A stretch of DNA of 63,332 nucleotides, filler included. It is 4 parts of 4 records of this genome, joined end to end, with 100 filler letters (N's around TTAATTAATTAA, not from the genome) between each part and the next. Parts side by side here need not be neighbours in the genome. Positions count along the whole stretch, not along the records: positions 15,819 to 32,785 come from SRR20825019_543; positions 32,886 to 58,167 come from SRR20825019_548; 2 more parts are not named here. One strand, 5' to 3'. This document shows, piece by piece, positions 27,701 through 37,368 of this stretch (position 1 is the first letter of the stretch; each line of letters begins with the position of its first letter). Under the pieces are notes generated by a model, which was not told the DNA's origin, did no database searches, and saw only the letters and a list, made by a program, of their open reading frames with translations. The translations under genes and the position numbers were made by a program.

Positions 27701-27780
27701 GATAAGGACCATCTTTGGTACGATGGCGGGCCTGTGCTATCCGCGACTTTGGCCGAAAGGGACGGGGACTCCCACGGCAT
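24718..27780 (-). CDS. Large intronless hypothetical protein, degenerate EF-hand-like N-terminus, disordered C-terminus
   Basis: About 1020-aa ORF from ATG 27780 (the ORF-track 5' extension lies in the GC island); IFSKMDSENCGSI; SRPxS repeats. Confidence 0.7.
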   Translation of the reverse strand: MPWESPSLSAKVADSTGPPSYQRWSLSSSSRPPTSPRWLWLARTLYREMVVDTRPGATGEDIKKFLSVLEWLRPKQGVLSNASPDARIQPIYYRWMEDVNDPATSTTTKAMMSFDQFCGFLELLDEDALHSVVCVLSQFHDHDLSKEGYRRSHSIAVTQKWCDAAGQIFSKMDSENCGSITALNVLPFVLCILSVDEISILSEAGSHVVMALCFLFTKDIGEGRSLVTFRDWKRYLVKVALSESELISLASHVQAINASFEMRSAISSNLRALAGWEEAVTKIHAQAGFPQLGGQTAYAHIIGLCSHLRTYGAIGFWSAVLGTQPGVIEHVDLVPVLRPPSMEQLTSPSFQWAVVSAIFAHFCDATKYLMADATPQALMSDPCFRSIQQIVTRHWESVGQTVADWCTCLTDRNVVLLSKSPRGVGVHDKAIGQWRTLRGSTVVRYMQNLFSRSWTAVPAPIPSHGPGPDSGPPLRRSPSPELPVRKAISPPESSHNEENPAESVHDDDTDHVDIPKEWHKYSSGIFSQHKSRLVNAARKAEWKSCLAPDADLPVEMPIRYDEATGAQVQAEGVDGLFEAAVMAGDDVARALAESLSRKYDMALSPGLEDGRVHDIRPDEPFRSTFVTFSTPKQVKATPGSPNESDSDKGSEKSEKEEETKAKKPMIWVQGANKSSVPKVKPMKATPNMRIVSASLVNPKQAAENRVEFDSLGGGEATNIEVGYDVDAPSVNENRAAKADEQRAADAMALFGFAPAGEEVPEKPVVPESSQAVTFQESTENPVDDPGSGVGIIEAEAEAKSEPSAETSSNVDNGNSSSKKPDTDSHKVHDDVSIPWLDDVDELIKEMKIPMNEKEGLPTSAGDESEGRRPSHDSGSKSASVDGSQPASVLGSKPSSRPHSRPPSNAGSKPSSRPPSRGSKSTGAAEEKNPSNEGAVVLQARYASDNNIPHRRSGKTLKGLLSLRNGKSRQGRANPSQNDEHVAATRHRSGTPQSRPSLDRQSNASSDKGEFMLDGVVNRIY

Positions 27781-27899
27781 GACGCCGCTTCCACCGAAGC
27801 TAAAGGTCAGACTAGATGAAGGTGTGGTAGCACATATTTCCGGGCTTCCCCACGGAGCAGGGAACAGTACGGCGACCACTGCTGAAGCCGATGATACCT

Positions 27900-28760
27900 C
27901 AGGAAGAGCCAGCCGGAGCGCACGCCACCGGGCCGCCGTCCCCCCGCGCCGGGCGGGCAAAACCGGGTTCTTGGCAGCCTGAGGGTGGTCATGGTCCGGT
28001 CCGCTCGGCCCATGTCGCAGCGGATTGACTCTTCCAAGGCCAGCTCCGGATGAGGCCGGGCCGGCGGCCGGCGAGCCAAGCGCGGTCGGTCCGCGGACCC
28101 GGGGGGGCTGCGGGCGGGGCTTCCGCCGCCCGGGCCGGCCCACGGGGCAACGCGCGGCCGCTGTCAGTGTGGTGCCCCGGCTGCCACAGTCCGTCCTGAT
28201 CAGATGAGTAACTTGACGAAGGCAAACCAGGCCGGCGGGCCTTGTAGTACGAAGTAGGAACTGACTAGGCTACGAGAGGTCTGACTCTGCGGGTCCTCCC
28301 GGCTGCCGCGGCACGACGCTGTAACGGTAATGCCATACGACTGACGGACGATCGCCCCCGGACTGATCAGGATCATGGCAGGCCTGCCGGCTCATGCCGA
28401 ACGTCGTCGCCAGGACGGGGGACCCCCTGGAGCCGGGGCGGGGGGGCACGCCGGGTGCCGAGCCAGCCGCGGCAGCCGGGCCGGCGCCCCGGCCGGGCCG
28501 GGCGGCCAGCCACCCTGTTCGCAAGGGTTCCGTTGGGCCAACCACTCAGGGACAGCCGGGGCGCCGCGTGCAGCCGAGCGCCTCCAGCGACCAGCCGAAC
28601 GGAAGCCGACGGCCAGACGGAGCTACTTGGGCCCGCGCGGGCTCACCAGATTAGCGCAGCCGTTGAGCGAGGTGGCCGACCTCGCCTCCAAGGCACGGGG
28701 GCCGTCCGACAAGGACAGATGGCCTCGGCACTCAGCCCTGGCAGCGCCCGAACGGACCCG
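27900..28760. promoter_or_regulatory. GC-rich bidirectional promoter island
   Basis: GC block between the divergent 27780 and ARM genes. Confidence 0.5.
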
Positions 28761-28933
28761 CATGTTTTAACTCTCGAGTCCCATCCCGGCCTCTGGGTTG
28801 CTAATCCATCCTAAACTCGAAGCAACCCCGATTTTGGAACTTGCTTTCGGCACGTAAACATGCATAAGGACGACCATGATGGCGCAGTGAACTGTATGTA
28901 TGTACACCCTTGCATAGTTTGACCTCGTGTATC

Positions 28934-30633
28934 ATGGGGGGTGAGAGTGATGTTGCTGCTAGACCAAACTCTTCCAGTTTGACTAAGTCACAGGATAACT
29001 TTCGAGGACTAATAACTGATTTAACCGAAATAGAGGATCTGAGTATCCAACAGATCCTTTCTGCTTTGCAGCACAGCAATAATATGAACCGTCCTATTGT
29101 TGTTGAGAGACTTGCTCGCGTGCTGTACAAAAGCCTTCTCAACTCGGAGAAAAGTCGCCAGGTGCTTCTCTCAAGTGGAGGAGTAGACACTTTGCTTAAG
29201 AATGTCTCCTCTTCGCTTCATTCAAACCCAAGCTTGGAAGCGGTTCTCTTGTGTTTAGGTGTCATATCGTGGCGGAGTGTGACTGGCAGGAAAGAACTCA
29301 GCGGTGAACACAACTTGGAAATTCTCGCGACCCATATGAAGCAATCAGCAACCGATAATATATACAGAAAGGTTGCGTCCATCATGGCTAATGTAGCGGT
29401 CGATACAAAGGCGGCGGAAACTATGATAGAGAGAGTAAGCGTATTGCTAATGCTGCTTCATTTCCACTAACCTGTGGATGTCAGACGAATGTCACATCAG
29501 GTTTGATGGACGGTTTTGTCAACCGATCCACCCACTGTCGTAATGCTTGTGCTTGGGCCATGCGCAATATATCTAGGTGTACTCCAGGACCTGCTGCTCT
29601 AGTTGAACAGGGGGCCCTTATGTATTTCAGCGAGGTCGTGAAGTCTCCTCACACTTATCCACATCAAACACGAGAACACGTGGCTGGCATATTGGCAAAT
29701 ATTGCTATTAGTCACGACACTCACTTTGGCATGGTTAAGCGATGTCTTGATGGAGTTGTGAACCAAATCAAGTCTAGCACTTTGGTGGAGGAAGTGAAGG
29801 GTTACGTACGAGCGGTGGCGAACCTGGCGACCAATGAAGATGCTCGCCCTGCTCTTCTTCTCCTCAATGCGCCTCAGATACTTCTGAAACACTTGGTGGA
29901 CCAGCACCCTGTAATATATGCTGAGATCAAATGCGACGTCTGCCGAGGAATTGGAAATGTTTGTTTGAGCGAAGAAGGCCAAGATGTTGTCTCCGAGAAC
30001 GACGGGGTGGGAATACTTGTAGATGCTCTCGTGAAGGCTATCCTGACTGAAGAAAATGATGCTATTGCTGACACCCTGTGGGCTATCAGCTCATTATGTC
30101 GCGGGCGTGAAAGCGACCAAGCAGACTTGGTGGCTCACGCTGGACTGCACAAGATCATCGAAGCTTCCAAACTTGAGGATACCACGGTTCAGTATTTTGC
30201 CGCGCGCTGTCTGGAGGTTTTTAGCGAGTTCTCGACTATTCAGCAGCATCTGATTGAGCAACATGGGTTAGGTGCCCTCTCCGCTCTATCACATGTATCC
30301 GACAGCTTAGTTCGGCAGGGGGCAAAGAGAGCCCTTTATTTGTTGGCCCATACTAATCGTGGGATGGACCAAAGCAGAGCTACAATGTCTCCCAAGACGA
30401 GGTCACAGGACATGGGCTCCCCGCCACCCCCGCCACCCGAGGCAATTTCTGGTATAAATACCAGAGGTGCCGGGGTCGATGACAGGAGCACGCACGAGTC
30501 TAAGCCCGGTCGGTCGAGTTTGGGGGCAATAGGAAAGAATAACTACTTGACTCCAGGGCGAGAGAGTAACGCAACCAACACTCCTGTGAATATACGGCAT
30601 CATGATGGGCCAGTGACTGGAAAGATACTATAG
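28934..30633 (+). CDS. Armadillo-repeat protein (2 exons)
   Basis: Repeated helical units ACAWAMRNIS, VAGILANIA, VRAVANLA, CRGIGNVC, LWAISSLC. Confidence 0.8.
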
Positions 30634-30729
30634 GCGCCTGTGCTGGAGAATATGGCTTTTATCGTTCATCATCTTGACTACCCTTACACATGACAATGAT
30701 AGATGAAAAACTCGATGGCACAATGAAAT

Positions 30730-32703
30730 TTATACAGTAACACTCTTGGCAAGGTTGCGAGGTTGATCAATGGCGCAACTCCGGAACTTGGCAATGTGAT
30801 AGGAAAGAATTTGGAGAGGAATCACAGTCAGCAAGGGCGTAAGGAAGTTTGAAGTAAGAGGAATGCGGATAATGTGCTCGCAAGATTCATCGAAGTCATG
30901 GTTGTCCTCATCAGTAATAATAATTACTACACCCTGTCGGCACTGCACCTCGTGAATGTTACCACGGATCTTGTCGTAGATAGGATCGTTGCGAAGAGCA
31001 ATAAACACCACTGGCATGAAAGGATCAATCAGTGCAATAGGTCCATGCTTCATCTCTGCTGCAGGGTATCCCTCAGCGTGGATATAGCTAATCTCCTTCA
31101 ACTTCAATGCACCCTCCAGTGCAACGGGGAAGTTGAAACCGCGGGCGAGATAAAGGAAGTTCTGGGCATAGCGGAACTGCTTAGACATTTCGCGGATGAG
31201 GTCGTTCTGTTTCGTAATTTCAGCAATTTGGTCGGGAAGTGCGGCCATTTGAGTCAGGGCGTTCTTGTAGTCTTCCTGAGACAACACGTTGTGGCCCTCA
31301 GGGCCTCCCAGCAAGAGTGAAATCATTGTAAGCACGGCCACCTGGGCAGTGAAGGCCTTGGTGGAAGCCACTCCGATTTCAGGGCCTGCGTGCAGATAAA
31401 CACCGCAGTCAGTCTCACGTGCAATGGTGGAACCCACAGCGTTAACAACGCCAAGTGTAAGGCACCCTTGCTTCTTAGCCTCCATCACGGCCTCAAGAGT
31501 ATCCGCAGTCTCACCAGACTGGCTGATCACAATCAAGACATCCTCTCCACCGCGGAGAATGGGGTCACGGTAACGGAACTCTGAGGCATACTCAACCTCG
31601 ACGGGGGTACGCGAAAACTTCTCGATAAGGTATTCACCCACGAGACCAGCGTGCCATGAAGTTCCGCAAGCACAGATGATGAAGCGCTTAGCGGCGAGAA
31701 TTTGCTTCCAATGCGACTTCAGGCCGAGAAGGACAATCTGTTCCTCGGTAGTACGGACGCGACCACGCATGCAGTTCCTCAAACAGTTGGGCTGATCCAT
31801 AATCTCCTTAAGCATGAAGTGTTCGTAGCCACCTTTTTCAATCTCTTCCAACTTCAAGTCAATGACTTCGACATCCTTGCTTATGGAAGCGCGGGCAGCA
31901 GTGCTCTGCTGGTCAAAGGCAGAGCGGGCACGAGCTTGCTCGTAAGGGCTAACGCCACGACCCACAAGGCCAGGTGTAGCTGCGGCACCTTCCATTCCCT
32001 TGATAAGAGAACTAATATCAAACTTGGCGACGCCGTTGTCAAGGCGGCACTCGACGACTTCCTTGTCATCCAGGAAGATCACCCTCTTTGTGTGCTCGAC
32101 CATCGCGGAGGCATCAGACGCAATGAAGAACTCGCCTTCTCCCACACCAATGATGACGGGAGAGCCGCAGCGGGCTGCAACAAGCATGTTCGGGTTCTTC
32201 TCACTGCATACAACAAGGCCAAACGTGCCAGTGACAAGGACAAGAGCCTGGCGCACCGCCTCCGCAAGGCCGTGCCCTTCGGCACTGACAGTCTTCTCGA
32301 CCTTGTGAATAAGATGACAAAGGACTTCTGTGTCGGTTTCGCTTTTGAACTCATACCCATGCTGTATCAAGTTTGTCTTGAGAGCAGCATAGTTCTCAAT
32401 AATTCCGTTATGGACGAGGTGGATGTGTTCGCTCGTGTGGGGGTGGGCGTTAGCCTCGCTGGGAGAACCGTGGGTTGCCCAGCGGGTGTGGGAAATGCCA
32501 GTGGTACCTTCAACACGAAGATCCTTCGCAGCTTTCTCCAAGTTCGCGACCTTTCCGGGACGACGGACAACACTCGCCTCGCCTTCGGCAGTCAGGCAAC
32601 AAAGGCCGGCAGAGTCATATCCACGATATTCCAATCGCTTGAGACCAGCAACAAGCAGGTCAAGAGCCTGGCGTTGGCCAAGGTATGCTGTAATGCCGCA
32701 CAT
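30730..32703 (-). CDS. glmS: Glutamine--fructose-6-phosphate transaminase (isomerizing), bacterial type, intronless
   Basis: MCGI N-terminal nucleophile, LEYRGYDSAG, HTRWATHG, SQSGETADT, STKAFT, EGYPAAEMKHGPIALID, PRNLAKSVTV. Confidence 0.97.
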   Translation of the reverse strand: MCGITAYLGQRQALDLLVAGLKRLEYRGYDSAGLCCLTAEGEASVVRRPGKVANLEKAAKDLRVEGTTGISHTRWATHGSPSEANAHPHTSEHIHLVHNGIIENYAALKTNLIQHGYEFKSETDTEVLCHLIHKVEKTVSAEGHGLAEAVRQALVLVTGTFGLVVCSEKNPNMLVAARCGSPVIIGVGEGEFFIASDASAMVEHTKRVIFLDDKEVVECRLDNGVAKFDISSLIKGMEGAAATPGLVGRGVSPYEQARARSAFDQQSTAARASISKDVEVIDLKLEEIEKGGYEHFMLKEIMDQPNCLRNCMRGRVRTTEEQIVLLGLKSHWKQILAAKRFIICACGTSWHAGLVGEYLIEKFSRTPVEVEYASEFRYRDPILRGGEDVLIVISQSGETADTLEAVMEAKKQGCLTLGVVNAVGSTIARETDCGVYLHAGPEIGVASTKAFTAQVAVLTMISLLLGGPEGHNVLSQEDYKNALTQMAALPDQIAEITKQNDLIREMSKQFRYAQNFLYLARGFNFPVALEGALKLKEISYIHAEGYPAAEMKHGPIALIDPFMPVVFIALRNDPIYDKIRGNIHEVQCRQGVVIIITDEDNHDFDESCEHIIRIPLTSNFLTPLLTVIPLQILSYHIAKFRSCAIDQPRNLAKSVTV

Positions 32704-32760
32704 AGTATTTCTTTTCCTTTGAGGCGAAGATGAGAGTCATATACCATCTTATGTCGGTTG

Positions 32761-32785
32761 GGAGGGGGGGGGGGGGGGGGGGGGG
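32761..32785. repeat. Poly-G tract at contig end
   Basis: Homopolymer abutting the linker. Confidence 0.8.
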
Positions 32786-32885
32786 NNNNNNNNNNNNNNN
32801 NNNNNNNNNNNNNNNNNNNNNNNNNNNNNTTAATTAATTAANNNNNNNNNNNNNNNNNNNNNNNNNNNNNNNNNNNNNNNNNNNN
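32786..32885. other. Artificial contig linker
   Basis: N/TTAATTAATTAA/N spacer. Confidence 0.99.
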
Positions 32886-32911
32886 CCCGGGTTCGAGCCC
32901 AGGTGGGACCA
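32886..32911 (+). tRNA. 3' portion of a tRNA gene (T-arm and acceptor 3' strand); probable integration site
   Basis: CCGGG-TTCGAGC-CCAGG T-arm (one mismatch), then TGGGACC-A; followed by a terminator and an integrase; anticodon not visible. Confidence 0.7.
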
Positions 32912-32937
32912 CGAAGAGAATTCAAAATATCTCTAAT

Positions 32938-32975
32938 AGCCTGAAAATGAACTGTTTTCAGGCTTTTTCATTTTT
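32938..32975 (+). terminator. Intrinsic terminator
   Basis: AGCCTGAAAA/TTTTCAGGCT stem plus T-rich tail. Confidence 0.75.
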
Positions 32976-33135
32976 ATTGATTTCATATAAAACTATATGA
33001 AATCAACCGTTCTGGTGAGTAAATCGGTGAGTACTTTTTTATTCGTAAAAATGCTTCCAAAACTATGTTAAAGGATTGAATGTCAATTCTTTGTTCGGAT
33101 TTGTAATCGATATTAAAAATCCAAAAAACACAGTT

Positions 33136-34359
33136 ATGGAGGCAAACAACACATTTTCCATCCTTTTTTATCCAAAAACCAGTGATTCTGACAAGAACGG
33201 AATGTCACCTCTTTTTCTTCGTATAACAGTTGATGGAAAGAGAGCAGAACTGAGCTTAAAGCGAAAGGTAAACTCAGAACAATGGTGCTCCATTTCGAAC
33301 AAGGTCAAAGGAAACGGACCGACAAAAGATGAGGTCAATGGCTATATAGATGAACTGAAGTTTCGGATTCGGCGCATTCAAGGGGAGTATGTAGCACAAG
33401 AAAAACCCTTTACGGCATCGATGCTAAAAGGGCGTCTGTTGAACAAGGGCAATGAACTCAAAACAGTGCTGTCAATTTATGATGGCCACAATGCCAAAGT
33501 GAAAAGCTTGATGGGAAAGGATTACACATATAGCACTTATAGAAGGCATGTGCGGACACGAAACCATTTGGAGGGATTTATCCAAAAGGAGTATGGACAG
33601 AAGGATTTTTTTATCCAGGATGTAGAACTGGGGTTTATTACCCGGTTTGAGTATTATCTACATATGGTAGGTGCAGGAGGCCACAATACGGTTACCAAAT
33701 ATGTGACCAATTTTAAGAAGATTGTGAGAATGGCGTTTGCCAACAATTGGGTTTCCTCCGACCCATTCTTCCATTGGAAGGCCAAATGGCAGAAAACCGA
33801 ACGGGAAGTACTGACCGAGGCTGAACTGAAAACATTGATGGAGAAGAAATTCAAATTGGAGCGTTTGGAGCGGGCAAGGGATGTCTTCATTTTTTGTTGC
33901 TTTACAGGTCTGTCCTATGTTGATGTCAAAAAACTGACAAGAGACGATATTACAATTGGAATAGATGGGAGGCAATGGATAAAGATCTTGAGAACAAAGA
34001 CCAAGGTCAAGAGTACCATTCCGCTTTTGCCAATGGCTGAAAGAATATTGGAGAAGTATGAAAAAAGTGTACCAAAACCTGAAAGTGCATTTTTGCTTCC
34101 CGTATTGAGCAACCAAAAGACCAACCAGTACTTGAAGGAGATTTCACGCTTATGTGATATAAAGAAGCGGATAACATTTCACCTTTCCCGGCACACTTTT
34201 GCTACAACGGTGACCTTGGCCAATGGAGTACCCATAGAATCTGTGAGCAAGATGCTCGGACACCAGTCCATAAAGACCACACAGATATACGCCAAGGTGA
34301 TAGACAAAAAGCTTATGGAGGACATGGAATTGGTCAGGATGAAATATACAGCTGTTTAA
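33136..34359 (+). CDS. Site-specific tyrosine integrase (Bacteroidota IntDOT-like)
   Basis: Arm-binding PLFLRITVDGKR; FTGLSYVD (Ser at Arg-I as in IntDOT-type); HLSRHTF; LGH; TQIYA. Confidence 0.95.
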   Translation: MEANNTFSILFYPKTSDSDKNGMSPLFLRITVDGKRAELSLKRKVNSEQWCSISNKVKGNGPTKDEVNGYIDELKFRIRRIQGEYVAQEKPFTASMLKGRLLNKGNELKTVLSIYDGHNAKVKSLMGKDYTYSTYRRHVRTRNHLEGFIQKEYGQKDFFIQDVELGFITRFEYYLHMVGAGGHNTVTKYVTNFKKIVRMAFANNWVSSDPFFHWKAKWQKTEREVLTEAELKTLMEKKFKLERLERARDVFIFCCFTGLSYVDVKKLTRDDITIGIDGRQWIKILRTKTKVKSTIPLLPMAERILEKYEKSVPKPESAFLLPVLSNQKTNQYLKEISRLCDIKKRITFHLSRHTFATTVTLANGVPIESVSKMLGHQSIKTTQIYAKVIDKKLMEDMELVRMKYTAV

Positions 34360-34371
34360 TTGAGGGGGAGT

Positions 34372-34545
34372 TTTACAACATATTACATATGTCACTCATG
34401 GCCCATGGTTACCAAATATATGGGAATATCCACTGAGATTATTTGTTAAGGACTTGGTCGTTCTTCCATAAAGACCACAGAAATCCATCTCAAGGACTTT
34501 GATGATGCGATTTTGGATGAAGCTAATGAACAGATTGTTTCTTAA
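34372..34545 (+). pseudogene. Decayed C-terminal fragment of a second tyrosine integrase
   Basis: FTTYYICHSWPMVTKYMGISTEIIC*GLGRSSIKTTEIHLKDFDDAILDEANEQIVS*, a degenerate RHSWAT...LGH...TTEIYL box. Confidence 0.75.
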
Positions 34546-34606
34546 AACATAAATTAACTTTAGACCAAGTCCAGTCCGTTTTTAGTTGGAAATTTGCATA
34601 TAACGG

Positions 34607-36781
34607 TTAATGGTTATGTAGCATGGTAATATTTTCATCAAGTTCGAACCAAAAGTCACTATAAAAGTTCTTGTTTTCCAAAAGTTCTTGATGGTTTCCA
34701 TGGTTTTTGATAACACCATCTTCTAAAACATAAATTCTATTGGCAAAATGTTTGAGGTTGTGAAGACGATGGGAAATGGTGATAATGCCCATGCTATTTT
34801 TGCAATTCTGCAATAAAGACAGGATAAACTTCTCCGTTTTTCTATCCATTGCAGAAGTCGCCTCGTCAAGTATTAAAAGTTGTGGTTGTTTGTACATAGC
34901 TCTTGCAACTGCTATGATCTGGCATTGGCCACCTGAGAGATTTGATCCACCTTCACCTATAATGGTAGCCAATCCTTGAGGAAATGAACTTATGAAATTC
35001 TTTAGGCTGTATTGCTCCATGAATGCTGTCACTTTTTCTTCAGAATATGGTTCTCCCATCAAAATGTTGTCCAGAACTGTGCCGTTAAATAATTCAACCT
35101 CTTGTGGGACAACCCCAATGATATTCCGCCAATTATTTAGGGATACCTTACTTAAAGAAAACTTTTCATTAATTAATATATCCCCTTGTTCATGATTTAA
35201 AAACTTTTGAATAATCTGTCTAAGTGTACTTTTTCCTGAGCCGCTTTCACCTACGATTGCTACAACCTCTCCTTTTTTAACACTTAAATTCACATGTTTC
35301 AACAATTGTGATTGACCTGGAAATCTAAAACTCAAATTTTTAACTTCAAGTTCTTCAAATACACTTATGGTTTCGCCATCAGTCGGTTCTTTTTCCATAG
35401 CCGCAAACTCGAACATTCTGTCAAATGCAATTTTAGCTTCATTTAGAGGAATGGCGACTAAAGCTAAATTGGAAATAGCGGGCACCAATATGCTCATCAT
35501 ACTTAATATTGCCATCAGTTCCCCGAGAGTAAGATGTGTATTGAATACTTGATAACTGGCAAAACTAAGGATGCCAATGATTAATAGAACTCCAAAACCG
35601 TTTGACAACAACATTAATTTGATATTCAGTTTGCCAAGGACAAATTCCTTCTCTTGAAAGCTCCCATAAACAACCCTATTGATTTCTCGAAATACATTTT
35701 GCTTGTTATTGTTCTTAATGGACGAAATTCCTTGTATTGAATTGATATAATTACTTTCACTATAGGCGTATCCTTGCATAACCTCTTTTTGGGCGTTTAT
35801 TATTTTCTTGTTCATGATGAATATTACAACCCAATAAAGAGGTAGGCCAATGGTTGCTATGAGGCCAATTTTGAAAGAATAGTAATATAGAAAAAAGATG
35901 GCGGCCAGACTGGTTAAAAAATCAATGATTACGTTACTGGCTATATATTTTATTACTCTCTGAATTCTTGAGGTATCATTCAATCTCGCGACCAATTCCC
36001 CAATTTTACGAGTATCAAAAAAGGGTTTGGGAAGGTGTAGTAGGGAGGTGTAAAAATTATCAACAATTCGGTTGTTGAAGTCCTTGCTTTGCTGTATCAG
36101 AAAATATTCCCTGAGACCTGTAAAGGCAACTCTGGCCAATAATAAAAACGTTAACAGGCCAATACCTACTATCAATCTTTCTAATTCATTGGAAGGCAAG
36201 ATATCATCAATCAGTTTCTTTGAGAAAATAGCCATTGACATTCCAAGGACAGCTATTACTACTCCAATTACAGCACTTATGGTCAATAATCTCAAATCGT
36301 CCTTGATTAAATCCCGTAGCCATGCCTTTTTTATTTTAACAGTGGTTGTCGATTTGACAAAGTCCTTATTTGGGGATAATGTGAGACATGTCTTCGATTT
36401 CCAGATTGAGTTCAGTTCATCTACCGTTAAATGGGTTATCCCCTTAGCTGGATCACCCACAGTGAACATTCCATCTCTAAAGCCGTAACATACGACATAG
36501 TGTTGTATTTTTTGTTCCAAGATTACATGCAAAATGACCGGTGCCCCATGATCAATCAAGGCCTCCATGGTAGCCTCACATCCATTGGCCTCAAACCCCA
36601 AGCCTGATGCCGCCTGATATAAGCCGAGCATTGTGGTGCCCTGTCTATTTGTTCCGCTTAACTTCCTAAGGCTTTCTAAGGTTGTGCTACCTCTATAAAA
36701 TTTGATTATGGATAAAAGGCATGCAACTCCACAATCCGTTTGGTCCAATTGTCTTACAAATGTTTTTTCCAGGTTTTTCAT
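34607..36781 (-). CDS. Peptidase C39-containing ABC transporter (bacteriocin exporter)
   Basis: QLDQTDCGVACL, HYVV, TM domain, GESGSGKST, LSGGQ, LILDEATSA. Confidence 0.95.
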   Translation of the reverse strand: MKNLEKTFVRQLDQTDCGVACLLSIIKFYRGSTTLESLRKLSGTNRQGTTMLGLYQAASGLGFEANGCEATMEALIDHGAPVILHVILEQKIQHYVVCYGFRDGMFTVGDPAKGITHLTVDELNSIWKSKTCLTLSPNKDFVKSTTTVKIKKAWLRDLIKDDLRLLTISAVIGVVIAVLGMSMAIFSKKLIDDILPSNELERLIVGIGLLTFLLLARVAFTGLREYFLIQQSKDFNNRIVDNFYTSLLHLPKPFFDTRKIGELVARLNDTSRIQRVIKYIASNVIIDFLTSLAAIFFLYYYSFKIGLIATIGLPLYWVVIFIMNKKIINAQKEVMQGYAYSESNYINSIQGISSIKNNNKQNVFREINRVVYGSFQEKEFVLGKLNIKLMLLSNGFGVLLIIGILSFASYQVFNTHLTLGELMAILSMMSILVPAISNLALVAIPLNEAKIAFDRMFEFAAMEKEPTDGETISVFEELEVKNLSFRFPGQSQLLKHVNLSVKKGEVVAIVGESGSGKSTLRQIIQKFLNHEQGDILINEKFSLSKVSLNNWRNIIGVVPQEVELFNGTVLDNILMGEPYSEEKVTAFMEQYSLKNFISSFPQGLATIIGEGGSNLSGGQCQIIAVARAMYKQPQLLILDEATSAMDRKTEKFILSLLQNCKNSMGIITISHRLHNLKHFANRIYVLEDGVIKNHGNHQELLENKNFYSDFWFELDENITMLHNH

Positions 36782-36785
36782 CAAT

Positions 36786-37304
36786 TTAGGATTTAATCAA
36801 TGCTATTAATTTTGAAATATTGATACTTCCCTTGTTTCTGACTTTTAAATCAAAATCCGAATTATATATCAAAAGATAAGGTATCGTATTGGCTCCAACC
36901 GTTGTGGCAAACAGCCCATCGGAATCAGATAAAAACTTAATGTTGTCATATTTGGATAGGTCATAATCCTCTGCGAATTTTCTGATAACATTTGATTTTT
37001 CGTTTGATACAAAGATTAATTGTGAACGGTCGAACGCTTTAACATTGTCACTTATCTGTTGCGCCTCATCTTGACAATATTCACAAGTGCTATGGAAGTA
37101 AATAAGGACAATGGGAAGTTTTTTGGAGAGATGGGTCTTTGTGAAATCAGATCCATCAATTGTTTTTAAGTTGAAATCTGGAAGTTTTTGGATACGCTCG
37201 GCCGTTATCCCTTTTGTATTGACCTTCTCGACGATCTTAATTGTAATCAAACTAAAAAGGGAAAGTAACAGTACTGGTATTATAACTCTGAATATTCGTT
37301 TCAT
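36786..37304 (-). CDS. Membrane-anchored TlpA/AhpC-TSA-like thiol-disulfide oxidoreductase
   Basis: N-terminal TM, LPDFNLKTIDG, CEYC motif, IPYLLIY. Confidence 0.85.
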   Translation of the reverse strand: MKRIFRVIIPVLLLSLFSLITIKIVEKVNTKGITAERIQKLPDFNLKTIDGSDFTKTHLSKKLPIVLIYFHSTCEYCQDEAQQISDNVKAFDRSQLIFVSNEKSNVIRKFAEDYDLSKYDNIKFLSDSDGLFATTVGANTIPYLLIYNSDFDLKVRNKGSINISKLIALIKS

Positions 37305-37368
37305 AATTGGCAATAGTTTTCCAGGCCTCGGAAAAAGGCAGGATTTCAAAACATATGTTGTCTGTGAA

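Noticed and set aside
27781-28143. 5' extension of the 1141-aa ORF
   Set aside because: It runs through the GC promoter island from a non-ATG start; ATG 27780 is more plausible.
31702-32733. 343-aa plus-strand ORF (and 52718-53695 opposite hsdM)
   Set aside because: Antisense shadows of glmS and hsdM.
30730-34359. Eukaryote-to-bacterium junction as an HGT insertion site
   Set aside because: Separated by an artificial linker, so not contiguous DNA.
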